The position numbers and the translations under genes are program-made. Below the pieces are notes generated by a model. It did no database searches. It was not told the origin of the DNA and saw only the letters and a program-made list of their open reading frames with translations. From assembly GCA_027483345.1 (NCBI GenBank), contig JAIXUV010000034.1, positions 936-64,935 of the forward strand: a stretch of DNA of 64,000 nt, given 5' to 3'. Source of the DNA: Verrucomicrobiales bacterium. GTDB taxonomy: Bacteria > Verrucomicrobiota > Verrucomicrobiia > Limisphaerales > UBA9464. Below, in pieces: positions 1 to 8,792 of this stretch; the first letter of the stretch is position 1, and every line of letters starts with the position of its first letter.

Positions 1-1866
1 TCTTGGCAGCTCGATGCGGCGGCGTCCGGTGAGGAAGTCGGCGGTGAGCGAACCCTCGGCCCGGGCCAACTGCGAAGCGGGGCCTTGGAAGACGACCTGG
101 CCGCCGGATTCACCATGGCCGGGACCGATGTCCACGATCCGATCCGCGGCCCGCATGACGGCGGACTCGTGTTCGACGACGACGACCGTGTTCCCCAGGT
201 CGCGTAGGCGCTCGAGGATCCGGATCAGCCGGACGGTGTCCCGGGCATGGAGTCCGACGCTCGGTTCGTCGAGCACGTACAGCGTGTTGACGAGGCGCGT
301 CCCAAGGCAGGTCGTGAGGTTCACCCGTTCCGTCTCTCCGCCGCTCAGCGTGCGGGTGGCGCGGTCCAAGGTGAGATAGCCCAGTCCGACCTCGAGGAGG
401 TAGTCGAGCCGCGTTCGCACCTCGCGGAGGGCCATCCCGACCGGATCGCGTCCGGAATGACGGGATTGCTCCAGCAGTCGAAGGATCAGGACGGCAGCGT
501 CGGCGACCGGCAACGCATAGAACCCGGCCAGGTCCATCGCCACGGTTTCACCCGGCGGCGTCCATCGATAGAGAAGCGACTCCTGCTTGAAGCGCTTCCC
601 TTCGCAGACGGTGCAACGCCGGTAGCTCCGATATCGGGCGAGCAGCACCCGCACGTGCATCTTGTAGGCCTTGCCTTCCAGCCACCGGAAATAGCCACGG
701 ACACCGTACCAGCTCTTCGGCCACGCGTTCTCCGGATCCTCCGGATCATGGCCCGGGTCGCCTTCCATCAACCACCGCTGCTGCGCTTCCGTCATGCGGT
801 TGAACGGGACATCGGTGGGGATGCCCCGCTTCCGGGCCATCCTCATCATGTCCGCCTGGCACTCGGCGCCGGACTCGGTCTGCCAGGGCTTCACCACACC
901 TTGGGAAAGCGACTTCGAGCGGTCCGGCAGCGCCAGGTCGGGATCGATGGAGATGACCCTTCCGAACCCCTTGCACGCCGGGCAGGCGCCCACGGGATGG
1001 TTGAACGAGAAGAGCGCCGGCGTGGGCTCCGCGTACTCGAGGTCGCAGGCGGCGCAATGGTGTCCCTTGGAGAAATGGCCGACCGAGGACCAGAGCTTAC
1101 CCCCGTCGGCGGAACCCAAGACCGTCAGGCGCCCCTGCCCGAAGTGGTAGGCCTGCTCGCACGCCTCGACGAAGCGGTTCCGCGAGCCGGATGCCATTCG
1201 GACCCGGTCGGCGACCACGGTCAGTCGTCCTGCGATACCCTTCGAGGACGACGCGGCGGCTTCTTCCACGCGCAGCACGGCGCCTCCGGCGACGATCCGC
1301 TGGAAGCCCTGCTTGGAAACCAACGCCAACTGCTCGGTGAGCGGGATCTTGTCCGAGAGCGGCAGGTCGAAGGCGACCAGCAGGTCCGCGCCGGCGGCCG
1401 AATCCTTGGAAACGCGCTCCCAAACCGCCTCGGGCGGCTCCCTACGGACGGGTCGGGCGCATTGACGGCAATGGAGTCCCGCCAGATGCGGCCAAAGCAC
1501 CTTCATGTGGTCGCACAGCTCGGTCATCGTGCCGACCGTGCTGCGGGTGGTCCGGACGGCGTTGCGCTGTTCGATCGCGATCGCGGGCGGGATGTTCTCG
1601 ATGCGATCCACCGCCGGCTTGTCCATGCGGTCGAAGAACTGGCGGGCGTAGGGCGAGAACGTCTCGATGTAACGGCGCTGTCCCTCGGCGTAGAGCGTCT
1701 CGAACGCCAGCGAACTCTTGCCGGAGCCGCTGAGACCGGTGACCACGATCAGTTCACCGAGGGGAAGGTCGAGGTCGAAACCCTTGAGGTTGTTCTGACG
1801 GACACCGCGGAGACGGATGCAGTCGGGACGGGATTCGTGGGTGTCGGGACGTGCGGGATCCGGCAT
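1..1866 (-). CDS. uvrA: Excinuclease ABC subunit UvrA (5' part; runs off the window edge)
   Basis: Manual minus-strand translation from ATG 1866: [49 protein letters not shown], later [30 protein letters not shown]. Absent from the ORF track because it is open at the edge. Confidence 0.95.
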   Translation of the reverse strand, partial: MPDPARPDTHESRPDCIRLRGVRQNNLKGFDLDLPLGELIVVTGLSGSGKSSLAFETLYAEGQRRYIETFSPYARQFFDRMDKPAVDRIENIPPAIAIEQRNAVRTTRSTVGTMTELCDHMKVLWPHLAGLHCRQCARPVRREPPEAVWERVSKDSAAGADLLVAFDLPLSDKIPLTEQLALVSKQGFQRIVAGGAVLRVEEAAASSSKGIAGRLTVVADRVRMASGSRNRFVEACEQAYHFGQGRLTVLGSADGGKLWSSVGHFSKGHHCAACDLEYAEPTPALFSFNHPVGACPACKGFGRVISIDPDLALPDRSKSLSQGVVKPWQTESGAECQADMMRMARKRGIPTDVPFNRMTEAQQRWLMEGDPGHDPEDPENAWPKSWYGVRGYFRWLEGKAYKMHVRVLLARYRSYRRCTVCEGKRFKQESLLYRWTPPGETVAMDLAGFYALPVADAAVLILRLLEQSRHSGRDPVGMALREVRTRLDYLLEVGLGYLTLDRATRTLSGGETERVNLTTCLGTRLVNTLYVLDEPSVGLHARDTVRLIRILERLRDLGNTVVVVEHESAVMRAADRIVDIGPGHGESGGQVVFQGPASQLARAEGSLTADFLTGRRRIELPR

Positions 1867-1875
1867 CGGGCGGCC

Positions 1876-1903
1876 AAGCTATGGTCCGACCGTCGGGAGT
1901 CAA
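1876..1903 (-). promoter_or_regulatory. Putative sigma70 promoter of uvrA
   Basis: TTGACT-16nt-TAGCTT on the minus strand, 9 nt before the ATG. Confidence 0.55.
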
Positions 1904-2094
1904 TGCGGCGCCCCCATCTGCAAAGCGCCGAGCGCATGGACCGGTTCCCGCCCTGGAACGCGAACCCCCCGGCATCCTTGGGACACCGGGGGTGCTCGGA
2001 ATCTGGGTTCCAGGCTTCAATGAAGTCCGCCTCGGAACAGAAGCCGAATCACTGTGAGAGGATCGGTTTTGCCACTGAAGACCGGGAGGTCCCT

Positions 2095-2121
2095 TTCGCG
2101 GCCTTGCGGCTTCGCGTGCGG
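2095..2121. repeat. Dispersed ~27-nt intergenic repeat, copy 1
   Basis: ttcgcggccttgcggcttcgcgtgcgg; similar to 28837-28863 and 43572-43598. Confidence 0.45.
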
Positions 2122-2143
2122 CTCCCTCCCGCCGGACTCCTCC

Positions 2144-2560
2144 TCAGGCCGGGATCTCGTCAGCGCGGAAGAAGCGCTTCACCTCGATCTCCGCGTTCTC
2201 AACGGAATCGGAGGCGTGCGCGATGTTGATCATGTTGGTCTCGCCGAGGTCGCCGCGGATCGTGCCCTTCGGCGCCTTGCGGCTGTCGGTGGGGCCGAGC
2301 AGGTCGCGGACGGTCGCGACGGCGTTCTCGCCGGAAAGGATCACGGCCAGGACCGGCTCCGACTTCATGAACTCCACGATCTCCGGGAAGAAGGGCTTCG
2401 AGGCGATGTGCGAGTAGTGTTCCGTGAGGAGCGCGTCGCTGAGACGGAGCACCTTGGCGGCCTGGATCCGGAGTCCGGCCTTCTGGAAACGGTTCAGGAC
2501 CTCGCCGGCGAGGTTCTTCTTCATGCAGTCCGGCTTGCAAAGGATGAGTGTGCGTTCCAT
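2144..2560 (-). CDS. ndk: Nucleoside diphosphate kinase
   Basis: MERTLILCKPD..GTIRGDLG..NIAHASDS motif. Confidence 0.97.
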   Translation of the reverse strand: MERTLILCKPDCMKKNLAGEVLNRFQKAGLRIQAAKVLRLSDALLTEHYSHIASKPFFPEIVEFMKSEPVLAVILSGENAVATVRDLLGPTDSRKAPKGTIRGDLGETNMINIAHASDSVENAEIEVKRFFRADEIPA

Positions 2561-2662
2561 CGGTCCGGAGAGCCTACACGCATCCCATCGGCCGCGTAAA
2601 CGGCGTGTTTCAAAGTTCATCCAACCGTCACCCGGTTCCCGATCCGGCGCGCGGACGGGGCG

Positions 2663-2691
2663 TTGACCGGACCACCGGACCTTCCTAGCGT
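2663..2691 (+). promoter_or_regulatory. Putative sigma70 promoter of the MCE gene
   Basis: TTGACC-17nt-TAGCGT. Confidence 0.5.
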
Positions 2692-2727
2692 GCCCGCAGT
2701 CGAAGGCTTCGGCCCGGACACATCCCC

Positions 2728-3699
2728 ATGAAGAACTCCCTCGAAACGCGGCTTGGAATCTTTTTCGCCGTCGTCGTCGTCGCCGCCTTCATCCTGTTCG
2801 AGATGGTCGGCGGACAGCGCTACTTCGCGAAGAGCATCCCGATCCGTGCCCGTTTCAACACCGCCGGCGACCTGAAGGCCGGGGATCCAGTGAAGCTCGC
2901 GGGCGTGGACGTCGGCAAGGTGCGCTCGATCCGGATCAGCTCCGGCAAGGTCGAGGTGCTCATGGACGTCGATCCCGCGGCGGAGATCCGCACCGACAGC
3001 AAGGCGGTGATCAAGTTCACCGGGCTCATGGGACAGAACTTCGTGGCCATCGACTTCGGCAGCCAGAACTCCCCCACCCTCGCGCCGGACGCCATCCTCG
3101 AGACCAAGGAGCAGCCCGACCTTGCCGCGATCATGGCCAAGCTCGAGACGGCCGCCGACGGCATGCAGAACATGAGCAAGAGCTTCTCGGGCGAGGAGTT
3201 CGGCAAGTTGCTGGGGCCTCTGACCGAGTTGGTGAAGGACAACCAGCCCCGCATCGCGATGATCCTGGGCAACCTCCAGAACCTCACGACCACTTTGAAC
3301 GACGGCAAGGGGACGCTCGGTCGCCTGATGAAGGAGGACACCCTCTACGCCAACACGCTGGTGGCCGTGACCAACCTCATGACGACCTCCGAGGACATGA
3401 AACTCACCCTGGCCGACGCCCGGAGGATCGTCGCCGGACTTCAGGAAGGCCGTGGAACCGTCGGGAAGCTGCTCGTCGACGAGTCCCTGTTCCGTGAGAC
3501 GACCAACATGATGACCAACCTGCGCGAGATCACCGAGAAGATGAACCGCGGCAACGGGACGGTCGGGCAGCTCATCAACGACGACGCGTTCCTGAAGAAC
3601 GTGAAGCTCACCCTGCAGAAGGTCGAGAAGGCGACGGAGACCCTCGAGGACGCCGGACCGCTCCAGGTGATCGGAACGGCGGCCGGCAGCATCTTCTGA
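2728..3699 (+). CDS. MlaD/MCE family protein
   Basis: N-terminal TM (ETRLGIFF), MCE motif LKAGDPVKLAGVDVGKV..GLMGQNFVAI, then helical repeats G.GT.G.L. Confidence 0.9.
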   Translation: MKNSLETRLGIFFAVVVVAAFILFEMVGGQRYFAKSIPIRARFNTAGDLKAGDPVKLAGVDVGKVRSIRISSGKVEVLMDVDPAAEIRTDSKAVIKFTGLMGQNFVAIDFGSQNSPTLAPDAILETKEQPDLAAIMAKLETAADGMQNMSKSFSGEEFGKLLGPLTELVKDNQPRIAMILGNLQNLTTTLNDGKGTLGRLMKEDTLYANTLVAVTNLMTTSEDMKLTLADARRIVAGLQEGRGTVGKLLVDESLFRETTNMMTNLREITEKMNRGNGTVGQLINDDAFLKNVKLTLQKVEKATETLEDAGPLQVIGTAAGSIF

Positions 3700-3768
3700 G
3701 GTTCGACGGAGCCCAAGGCTTCGTCCCGGTTCGGTCGCGGTGGGTCACGCTCCGTATTCCGAAAAGCC

Positions 3769-4392
3769 ATGAACCTGTACCGACTCAAGGGAAAGATCCA
3801 CGGGGCCTCCTACGGACTGGGCTCCGGGCGGAACACCATCGGCCGATCCTCGGAGAACCTGGTACGGATCCCGGACCCTTCGGTTTCCGGCGTCCACTGC
3901 GAGATCGAGATCGGGGAAACGGGAGTCGTCGTGCGCGACCTCCAGTCCACCAACGGCACGTTCATCGACGGCCAACCGGTAGCCGAGTCTGCGATCCGGC
4001 CCGGACAGGTGCTCCAGCTGGGCACCGTGGCGTTGGTGCTGGAGGAGGAGTCGGTCACCATCGCGGTTCCGACACTGCCTTCCACGGCGGTGGAGGAGAA
4101 CGGACCGAAGACCCTGGCCGACGGCACGTTGGCCTGCTCGCGGTTTCCGGAACTCCAGGCCGCGTTCCGTTGCACGAAGTGCCAGCGGCCCTTCCATGGA
4201 AGCGCCCTCAGGCAGGTCCGCCTCAGCTCGGGCCGGCTTCCCCTGCTCTTCTGTCCGGACTGCGACGGCAAATGCGAGGTCATCCCCGGATTCAGCCGTT
4301 CCGGGGACTCCGGAAGCGTGCTGCTGAATCCGAGGAAGCTCCTGTCGCGGATCACCCAGACGATCCGTCTGGGTTGGCGCAAGCCCGAGTGA
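3769..4392 (+). CDS. FHA-domain protein with C-terminal Cys-rich zinc-binding region
   Basis: IGRSSEN..DPSVSGVHCEI..DLQSTNGTFIDG (FHA); CTKC..CPDC. Confidence 0.85.
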   Translation: MNLYRLKGKIHGASYGLGSGRNTIGRSSENLVRIPDPSVSGVHCEIEIGETGVVVRDLQSTNGTFIDGQPVAESAIRPGQVLQLGTVALVLEEESVTIAVPTLPSTAVEENGPKTLADGTLACSRFPELQAAFRCTKCQRPFHGSALRQVRLSSGRLPLLFCPDCDGKCEVIPGFSRSGDSGSVLLNPRKLLSRITQTIRLGWRKPE

Positions 4393-4417
4393 ACGGGCGC
4401 GGCCGGATCCGGATGGT

Positions 4418-6211
4418 TCAGTCGCGGATGCGGAGCCGGCTCATCTGGCCGGGCAGGATCCCGCCGCACACCGCCGCCACCACGACGGCGAGGGCCGCCT
4501 GGCCCCACTTGCCGTAGATGGCCCAGCCTCCGGCGAAGATCAGCGCCCAGATGCCGATGGAGGCGAGGATCGTGCAGACGATTCCCGGGACGATGTCCGA
4601 TCGCTTGGACCACTCGAACTCGTGCATCTGGACCCGCTCGTGTTCGGCATCTTCCAGGACCCGCGCCCAGCCCTTCCCGCCCGGTTGGACCCGCTTGTAG
4701 AAGTCACGGAGCTTCTCCTCCTCGGTGGGCGTGGTCAGAACCGCGGTGAGGATCGAAGAGATGGTGGTCACCGCCACGCCGATCACCATGCGCCGGGCCT
4801 CGGACACCTCGCCGGCACTTCCCAACCGCCAGAAGGCCGCCATGCCGAACGAGACCAGCATGGCCACGATCTCGGCCTGCGCGTTGATCCGCCACCAGAA
4901 CCAGCGGAGGATCAGGACGAGTCCGGTGCCGGCTCCCACTTCCATCATGAGGTTGAAGTTGGAGAGCGCGTCCTGCATCTGGAGCGCCAGCGCACAGGAA
5001 GCCAGCATCAGCAGCACCGTGGAGATCCGTCCCAGCCAGACCTGCTGTCCGTCGGTCGCCTTGGGATTGATGAACCGGGTGTAGATGTCGCTGACCACGA
5101 TCGAGGAACCGTAGTTCACCTGGGTCGACATCGTGCTCATGTAGGCAGCGATCAGTGAGGCCACCATGATCCCCATCAGCCCGGGCGGCAGGAAGGTCAT
5201 CATCGCCGGATAGGCGAGGTCGTCCTGGATGATCTTCGGATCGAGGTGCGGGAACTTCGAGCGGAGCGAGGCGAGGTCGGGGAAGACCATCAGTGAGGCC
5301 AGTGCGACGAGGATCCAGGGCCACGGACGGACCGCGTAGTGCATCACGTTGAAGAAGAGGCAGGCGCCGACCGCGTGCTTCTCGTTCTTCGCCGCCAGGA
5401 GCCGCTGCGCCACGTAGCCGCCGCCGCCAGGCTCGGCGCCGGGGTAGTAGATGCTCCACCAGGTCACCAGGAGCGGCACGAGGAAGACCGCCGTGACCAG
5501 GTCGGACGGAGCCGTCGCGAAGTCGGGGATGATGTCGAGCTTGGGACTGACGCGCGGGTCCGCCAGCAGGCGCTTGAGGCCGCCCACCTCCGGGAGACCG
5601 GTCACGAAGACCGCGGCCCAGATGGCGCCGACCATGGCGATCACGAACTGGACGAGATCCGTGAGCAACACGCTCGTGAGGCCGCCGGCCATGCTGTACG
5701 CGAGCGTCACCACCGAGGCGAGGGCAATGGTCTGAAGCGGATCCATTCCGAACATGACGCCCCCGATCTTGATGGCCGCCAGGGTCACGTTGGCCATCAC
5801 CAGGATGTTGAAGAAGATGCCGAGGTAGACCGCCCGGAAGCCGCGGAGGAACGCAGCGGGCCTGCCGGAATAGCGGAGCTCGTAGAACTCGATGTCGGTG
5901 AGCATGCCGCTCCGTCGCCAGAGCTTGGCGAAGAGGAACACCGTGCTGGTGCCGGTCAGCAGCAGCGCCCACCAGACCCAGTTCCCGAAGACGCCGTTCC
6001 GACGGACGATCCCCGTGACCAGGTTCGGCGTGTCCGCGGCGAAGGTCGTGGCGACCATCGAGGTGCCCAGAAGCCACCAGGGCATGGTCCGGCCGCTGAG
6101 GAAGTAGCTCTCGTAGTTCTTCCCCGCGGATTTGCCGGCGATGAAGCCGATCAGGAGGTAGACCGCGAACGCAGTGAGGATGATGACCCAGTCGATGGGG
6201 CGCAGTTGCAT
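4418..6211 (-). CDS. Sodium:solute symporter (SSS) family protein
   Basis: YFLSGRTMPWWLLGTSMVATTFAADTP, YVAQRLLAAKNE, many TM helices. Confidence 0.93.
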   Translation of the reverse strand: MQLRPIDWVIILTAFAVYLLIGFIAGKSAGKNYESYFLSGRTMPWWLLGTSMVATTFAADTPNLVTGIVRRNGVFGNWVWWALLLTGTSTVFLFAKLWRRSGMLTDIEFYELRYSGRPAAFLRGFRAVYLGIFFNILVMANVTLAAIKIGGVMFGMDPLQTIALASVVTLAYSMAGGLTSVLLTDLVQFVIAMVGAIWAAVFVTGLPEVGGLKRLLADPRVSPKLDIIPDFATAPSDLVTAVFLVPLLVTWWSIYYPGAEPGGGGYVAQRLLAAKNEKHAVGACLFFNVMHYAVRPWPWILVALASLMVFPDLASLRSKFPHLDPKIIQDDLAYPAMMTFLPPGLMGIMVASLIAAYMSTMSTQVNYGSSIVVSDIYTRFINPKATDGQQVWLGRISTVLLMLASCALALQMQDALSNFNLMMEVGAGTGLVLILRWFWWRINAQAEIVAMLVSFGMAAFWRLGSAGEVSEARRMVIGVAVTTISSILTAVLTTPTEEEKLRDFYKRVQPGGKGWARVLEDAEHERVQMHEFEWSKRSDIVPGIVCTILASIGIWALIFAGGWAIYGKWGQAALAVVVAAVCGGILPGQMSRLRIRD

Positions 6212-6736
6212 GGGTTTCGCGCGAGAATGAGGCACATGCAGGCTCCTGCCAATCCCGCGTTGCTTCCCTCGCGGTAGCCGAACCAAAAATCCGATGGAGG
6301 CAACCCAAGTTCACCCAGACGAGGAGGGCGCAGATACCGCGTCCCACGAAACCCATCCAACCCGGGTTTCGCCGGCGAACGCGCCGTGGATCACCCGTCT
6401 TTTCGTCTGCTCCACGAAGTTCATGCGATGCAACGGGGATGCGTCTGGACGAGAACCGCCGATTTGTGTCGGTGGGCCGGACCGCGTGAAGCCGGAACCC
6501 CCGCTCTCTCGGCATGCGCGCGAAAGCCCGATCCGGATCCCACGCCCTTGCGGTTCACGATCGTGCAGATCGGAACCGATGGATCGTCCGAGGACGCCCG
6601 AATGAGTCGGGTTTGACCCCATGGCCCGCGACCCTGAGAAGCCCGAGGTTCGGGATCAACTTCGGCTCCGTTCCGATTCCCGGCGGAGCGGGAGAATCCC
6701 TCTCTTGGGCAATTCGGTATCGATACACGACGACAT

Positions 6737-6943
6737 ATGACCAAACTCGAGATCAAGGGCGACTGGAACATCATCCAAGGCAAGCTGAAGCAGAAGTGGG
6801 CCAAGCTGACGGATGACGACCTCCGGTTTGTCGAAGGCAAGCAGGAGGAACTGATCGGGCGAATCCAGAAGCGCACCGGCGAGGCGCGGGAAGCGGTGGA
6901 GAAGGCCATCCACGAGTCTTCGACTTCCTGCTGCAAATGCTGA
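6737..6943 (+). CDS. CsbD/YjbJ family stress protein
   Basis: [36 protein letters not shown]. Confidence 0.92.
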   Translation: MTKLEIKGDWNIIQGKLKQKWAKLTDDDLRFVEGKQEELIGRIQKRTGEAREAVEKAIHESSTSCCKC

Positions 6944-6996
6944 TCCCGCCCCGGGCTTGCCAACCGGCAGGTCCCGGGCCTTCCCCGAGTTCCGCC

Positions 6997-7206
6997 ATGA
7001 AAGATCCGGTCTACAAGCTCATCGAACTCACCGGCACCTCCGACAAGTCCGTCGAGGAGGCCGTCGACAATGCGATCCGAAAAGCCGCCAAGACGGTCAA
7101 CAACCTCCGCTGGTTCCAAGTGGTCGAGACCCGGGGCAGCATTGCGAAGGGTCGGGTCGAACACTGGCAGGTGACCATCAAGGTCGGATTCACCGTGGAC
7201 GATTGA
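6997..7206 (+). CDS. Dodecin (flavin-binding)
   Basis: [38 protein letters not shown]. Confidence 0.95.
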   Translation: MKDPVYKLIELTGTSDKSVEEAVDNAIRKAAKTVNNLRWFQVVETRGSIAKGRVEHWQVTIKVGFTVDD

Positions 7207-7580
7207 GGTCCGAGCCTGGGCCGTGGGCAGCGCTGGACGACCTTGGGAAATGGCTGCAGGCCCCAATTGTGTCCCACTTCTCAGGAGACCGGTTTGGGAG
7301 GCGCGGAAAGGAGTCGAGACGCCGCGGATGCCTCAATCGGTCTCAAACCGCGGTGGAAGGGACGTTGTGGCCTCGGCCGGAGTAGAACCGACCATCCATG
7401 CCACATTCCCGAGACCGGCGGACGGCGGGACTCCATGCCTGCGAATCCGCGTCTCCGTCGCCTTCGCACTTCTCGCGGAGGAACCGTCCACCAGCAATGC
7501 GGAGCGGTCGGCGAATTCCTTGCCTCCCGCCCTGTGTCCCGCCTTGGTCTTCCCGTCCGGACTCGGCTAGTTTCGTCCCG

Positions 7581-8792
7581 ATGTCACCGAGGCGCATCCT
7601 CATCGCCGACCACGTCAGCAAGGTCCTTGGCGGGGCCGAGGTGAACGTGGTCGAGCTGCTGGGGCATCCCGAACTGGCCCGTCGATGGCAGGTGACGGTC
7701 GCCTGCGCACCGGGCAGCCCGCTGGATTCCGCGCTGGCCGCCATGGGCGTGGACCGCGTTCCCTACGGCTTCGCGCCGGCCCTGAACGAGCTTAGGGTGG
7801 TGGGACGTTCCTTCTCTCCCTGGGCCAAGGTGAAGGGCCTGCTGGAGCTCCAACGGGCCTCGGGAACGCTCCGCGAACTCATCTCCCGCCTGAAGCCGGA
7901 GGCCGTCCTAACGCCGACCAACAAGGACCACTTCGCCGCAGGCGCCGCGGCCGCCCGTTCAGGGATCCCCTCCGTCTGGTGGGTCAACGACCTGCTCACC
8001 CCGGAGTTCTTCGGATGGCCGGTCCGGCGGGCCTTCTCCCACAAGGCCCGCCGACTTGCCTCCCGCCTGGCTCCGGTGTCCCAGGCCGGAGCCGACGCCC
8101 TCGTCCAGTTGGGTGTCCCCCAGCAACGGATCCGGACGATCCTCAATGGCATCCCCCTCGACCGCTACGTCCGCGACGCTTCCCGGCCGCTCCGCACGCA
8201 ACTCGACCTGGCGCCCGGGGAACCCCTCATCGGGGTCGTCGGAAGGATCACACCCTGGAAGGGCCAGGAACTCTTCCTTCGGATCGCCGAACAATGGATC
8301 GCCTCCGGACGCGCCGGACGTTTCGTCATCATCGGACGCGCCTTCAACGAAGACGCCCCCTTCGAACAGCAGTTGCGGAGCCGCATCGCCCAAGCCCCGC
8401 TCCACGGACGCGTCTCCATGGTCCCCTTCCAAAGCGACATCGCCGCCGCGCTTTCCAGCCTCGACGTCCTCCTCCACACCTCGCTGAAGCCGGAGCCCTT
8501 CGGAAGGGTGCTGATCGAGTCGATGGCGGTCGGGACTCCGGTGGTGGCCGCCGGTGCCGGCGGCGTCGCCGCGATCCTCACCTCGGACGTCGACGGCCTC
8601 GTCGTCCCACCCGGCGATGCCGCAGCCTACCTGAACTCGTTGCGGCGGCTGCTGGACGATGGCCCTGGCACCCGCCTTCTCACCGAGTCGGCACGGGAGA
8701 CCGTCCGGAAACGCTTCAGCCTGGATCGCGTGTTCGGGGACTTCGAACGGCTGTTCGAGGAACTCGCCCAGACGGAAGGAATCCGCCGATGA
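7581..8792 (+). CDS. Glycosyltransferase family 4 (GT-B)
   Basis: GGAEVNV, ILNGIPL, VGRITPWKGQ, EPFGRVLIESMAVGTPVV. Confidence 0.92.
   Translation: MSPRRILIADHVSKVLGGAEVNVVELLGHPELARRWQVTVACAPGSPLDSALAAMGVDRVPYGFAPALNELRVVGRSFSPWAKVKGLLELQRASGTLRELISRLKPEAVLTPTNKDHFAAGAAAARSGIPSVWWVNDLLTPEFFGWPVRRAFSHKARRLASRLAPVSQAGADALVQLGVPQQRIRTILNGIPLDRYVRDASRPLRTQLDLAPGEPLIGVVGRITPWKGQELFLRIAEQWIASGRAGRFVIIGRAFNEDAPFEQQLRSRIAQAPLHGRVSMVPFQSDIAAALSSLDVLLHTSLKPEPFGRVLIESMAVGTPVVAAGAGGVAAILTSDVDGLVVPPGDAAAYLNSLRRLLDDGPGTRLLTESARETVRKRFSLDRVFGDFERLFEELAQTEGIRR

Noticed and set aside
247-2229. 660-aa plus-strand ORF
   Set aside because: Antisense shadow of uvrA on the minus strand; no motifs
3300-3600. Repeated G.GT.G.L units in the MCE protein
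   Set aside because: Normal helical repeats of long MlaD-family proteins
7979-8788. N-terminal extension of the 1015-aa ORF
   Set aside because: Overlaps the GT4 gene in another frame; the likely start is ATG 8789
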